Source: Macrostomum lignano
Lineage: Eukaryota
Assembly (NCBI GenBank): GCA_002269645.1
Contig: NIVC01000265.1
Span: 1-64,000, forward strand
Direction of reading: 5' to 3'
DNA: 64,000 nucleotides
Positions 62,045-64,000 of the stretch are shown here, in pieces. Under the pieces are notes generated by a model. It did not search any database. It saw nothing but the letters and a program-made list of their open reading frames with translations, and had not been told where the DNA came from. The number at the start of each line of letters is the position of its first letter. Position 1 is the first letter of the stretch. The translations under genes were made by a program, and so were the position numbers.

Positions 62045-64000
62045 TCACGCTTGGCTCTTCGCTCCGTCGGGTTCACCTTCGTCAGCCGCGGCGCTGGGCA
62101 CAGCCTCGCGAAGCTGGCGCCGACGATGCTGATGACGCTGCAGCTCCGTCCGCGGCCTCCTGGCCTCCATGAGGATGCGGATGCTTTCCTCTGTCCGGCA
62201 AGTTGTCCGAATCTCCCTAGCCTGACTGTCCGGTTGTCCCGGCAACCGGACAACTACAACGCGACTGTCCCGCTGGCCAGGCGGACCCGCCGAGGCCGCC
62301 GTCGACACTCTGGACGGTCGAGCCGATGTTGAAATTGAAATCGAAGCCGACGGAGTTGCCGCTGTCGTTGATTGCAGCTCCGTCGTTGAGGCGCCAGTAG
62401 CTGACGGCACCTGTCTGTGTGCGTAGGTGATTCTCGAGCGGCCGCCGCCGGGTCCCTGACGAATCCGCGGTCGGCCATCAGCGCGCCGCTGATCCAGCAG
62501 GCTGTAGATGTTCACCAGGGCGCCCTCCACTTGCTGCCTGTGCTCCGCCTGCGGATTTGTGATGGCCGCTGGAGATGATTAGAAATGTTTTAACCGGAAA
62601 CATACTACTTTTTACCAGTTTACTCAGTAGCAACTGCACAAGATAATTGTCTAGACCGTAGCTGCTGTTTCGTGTAAAACAATAAATTGTTGATCTTGAT
62701 TATCTATTGCGACCATCCACCTCCTGGACTGTCCGGAGGGGGACCGCGCTGCAGACACCGCGGCACCACCGGATCTCCCTGCGCGACACCACAACGAGCA
62801 GCTCCCGAGTCCCGGTGTACTCAGTTGCTCAGAACCCCCTGCAGCTGAGTCAAGTCAAAAGTGCTCAAATTGGGTCCAATGACTACTCAAGTAAGAAGGA
62901 CGGGAAACCGCGATCGTTTCTTAGAAAATTTTAGGTAGGCAGGCTTTTCCGAAGAAATACACTACGGAGATAGGAAGTTTTGATTTTTCATCAAAAAATT
63001 GTTATTGCTTTCGATAGGAGGCAGACCCAATGCTCCTCTTTTGGTATTTTGTGCCTTTTTTACAGCTGTATTGATATTCACAAAGCTTTTCCTTTAGATA
63101 ATTAGGATTCTATTATGTAATTTCTTATTCTACGTAAATTCCCTGTACCTAAAAATCATAGAATGCATTGCAGAGTTCGACTAATTGGTTTTATGACCTC
63201 TGTTCCACAGTCAGCTAAGAATCATAAAAATGCATTGCAGAGTTCGACTAATCGGTTTTATGACCTCTGTTCCACAGTCAGCTAAGAATCATAAAAATGC
63301 ATTGCAGAGTTCGACTAATCGGTTTTATGACCTCTGTTCCACAGTCAGCTAAGAATCATAAAATAGATTTATGCCGTGGAATTTTAATGGTTTTTAAGAA
63401 CAGGACATGTACAATTGTACGTAAAATAAAAAATTAACATGGAATCCTAATTTTCAGAACGAAAAGCACAATTCATATCTAAAGATGGACATTGGGTCTG
63501 CCTCCTATAGAAAACAATAACAATTTTTGTGCTGAAAAATGAAAACTTTCTATCTCCGTAACGTATTTTTTCGGTAAATCCTGCCTCCTAAAATTTTCCT
63601 AGAAACGAAGTCTCCCCTTCTACTTAAGTCGTCCTTGATTGGGTCATGACCGTAATTCCTTCAGCTTAAATGGGCACCCGAGCGATAGACCATAAATCAA
63701 GCAAGGCAGCATATGTCAATAACACACCTGTTTCACTTTCTTAGTATCGTCCCGAGCTTCAAACAGCAGCAAATCGTGATGATGAGGCTCCTGCTGCTGC
63801 TGAGGCTGCTGAGTTGCCCCGGATTTCACCTGCGACCGCCGCGGTTGCAGTTGGCTCTGCGGCAGCTGGGTAACGAACACTGGCTCTGCTTCATCAGGTT
63901 GCGGCTCCTCGACCTCCAGCGGGTCACTGCGCAGCGATTCTTCTTCATCATCCTCCGTGTAGCCCGGAGTGGAGATGCCATCGAGCAGGTCGTTCGCCAG
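62045..64000 (-). CDS. 3' part of an uncharacterised low-complexity protein; exons >64000-63728, tentative 62819-62714, 62568-62045
   Basis: Open GC-rich frame LANDLLDGISTPGYTEDDEEE...KKVKQ with donor CAG|GTGTGT. Terminal exon follows the acceptor catctccag. The middle exon is phase-consistent but has weak splice sites. Confidence 0.5.
62872..63645. mobile_element. MITE-like element with about 120-bp imperfect TIRs (62914-63032 / 63490-63608) and an internal 67-bp x3 tandem repeat (63162-63365)
   Basis: tcgtttcttagaaaattttagg...ggaggcagacccaatg pairs with cattgggtctgcctcc...cctaaaattttcctagaaacga; weaker similarity extends about 40 bp further outward. Confidence 0.75.

Overview
Eukaryotic (metazoan) genomic DNA. 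GC-rich, polyQ-rich exons sit among AT-rich spacers and about 20 tandem minisatellite arrays, with an interstitial (TTAGGG)n tract. The style resembles repeat-rich flatworm genomes such as Macrostomum, but species cannot be proven from sequence alone. Joining exons by hand with GT-AG and phase checks gives nine protein-coding genes: (1) an orphan low-complexity protein (-); (2) a PRKX-type PKA-like kinase (+); (3) a five-exon AKAP7/AKAP18-like 2H-phosphoesterase-fold gene (-) that the ORF track misses entirely, lies tail-to-tail with the kinase, and has both catalytic H-x-T motifs degenerate; (4) a claudin/PMP22-like 4TM protein (+); (5) an orphan coiled-coil protein (-); (6) a membrane thioredoxin-fold protein lacking CxxC (-); (7) a 1382-aa receptor with 7 C-type lectin domains, a kringle, a TM and an FxNPxY tail (+); (8) a Vav-family RhoGEF whose C1 domain has lost one zinc site (+); (9) a partial orphan gene at the right edge (-). 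Mobile and repeat DNA includes two tRNA-derived SINE families (one CORE-like), two Helitron-like 3' ends, MITE-like elements and a perfect 213-bp fold-back palindrome. Minisatellites fill 12 of 16 defined coding introns but are absent from the long AT-rich spacers, which are instead enriched in AGGCCT. Most long ORFs in the ORF track outside these genes are translations of tandem repeats. Family assignments rest on remembered motifs, not database searches.
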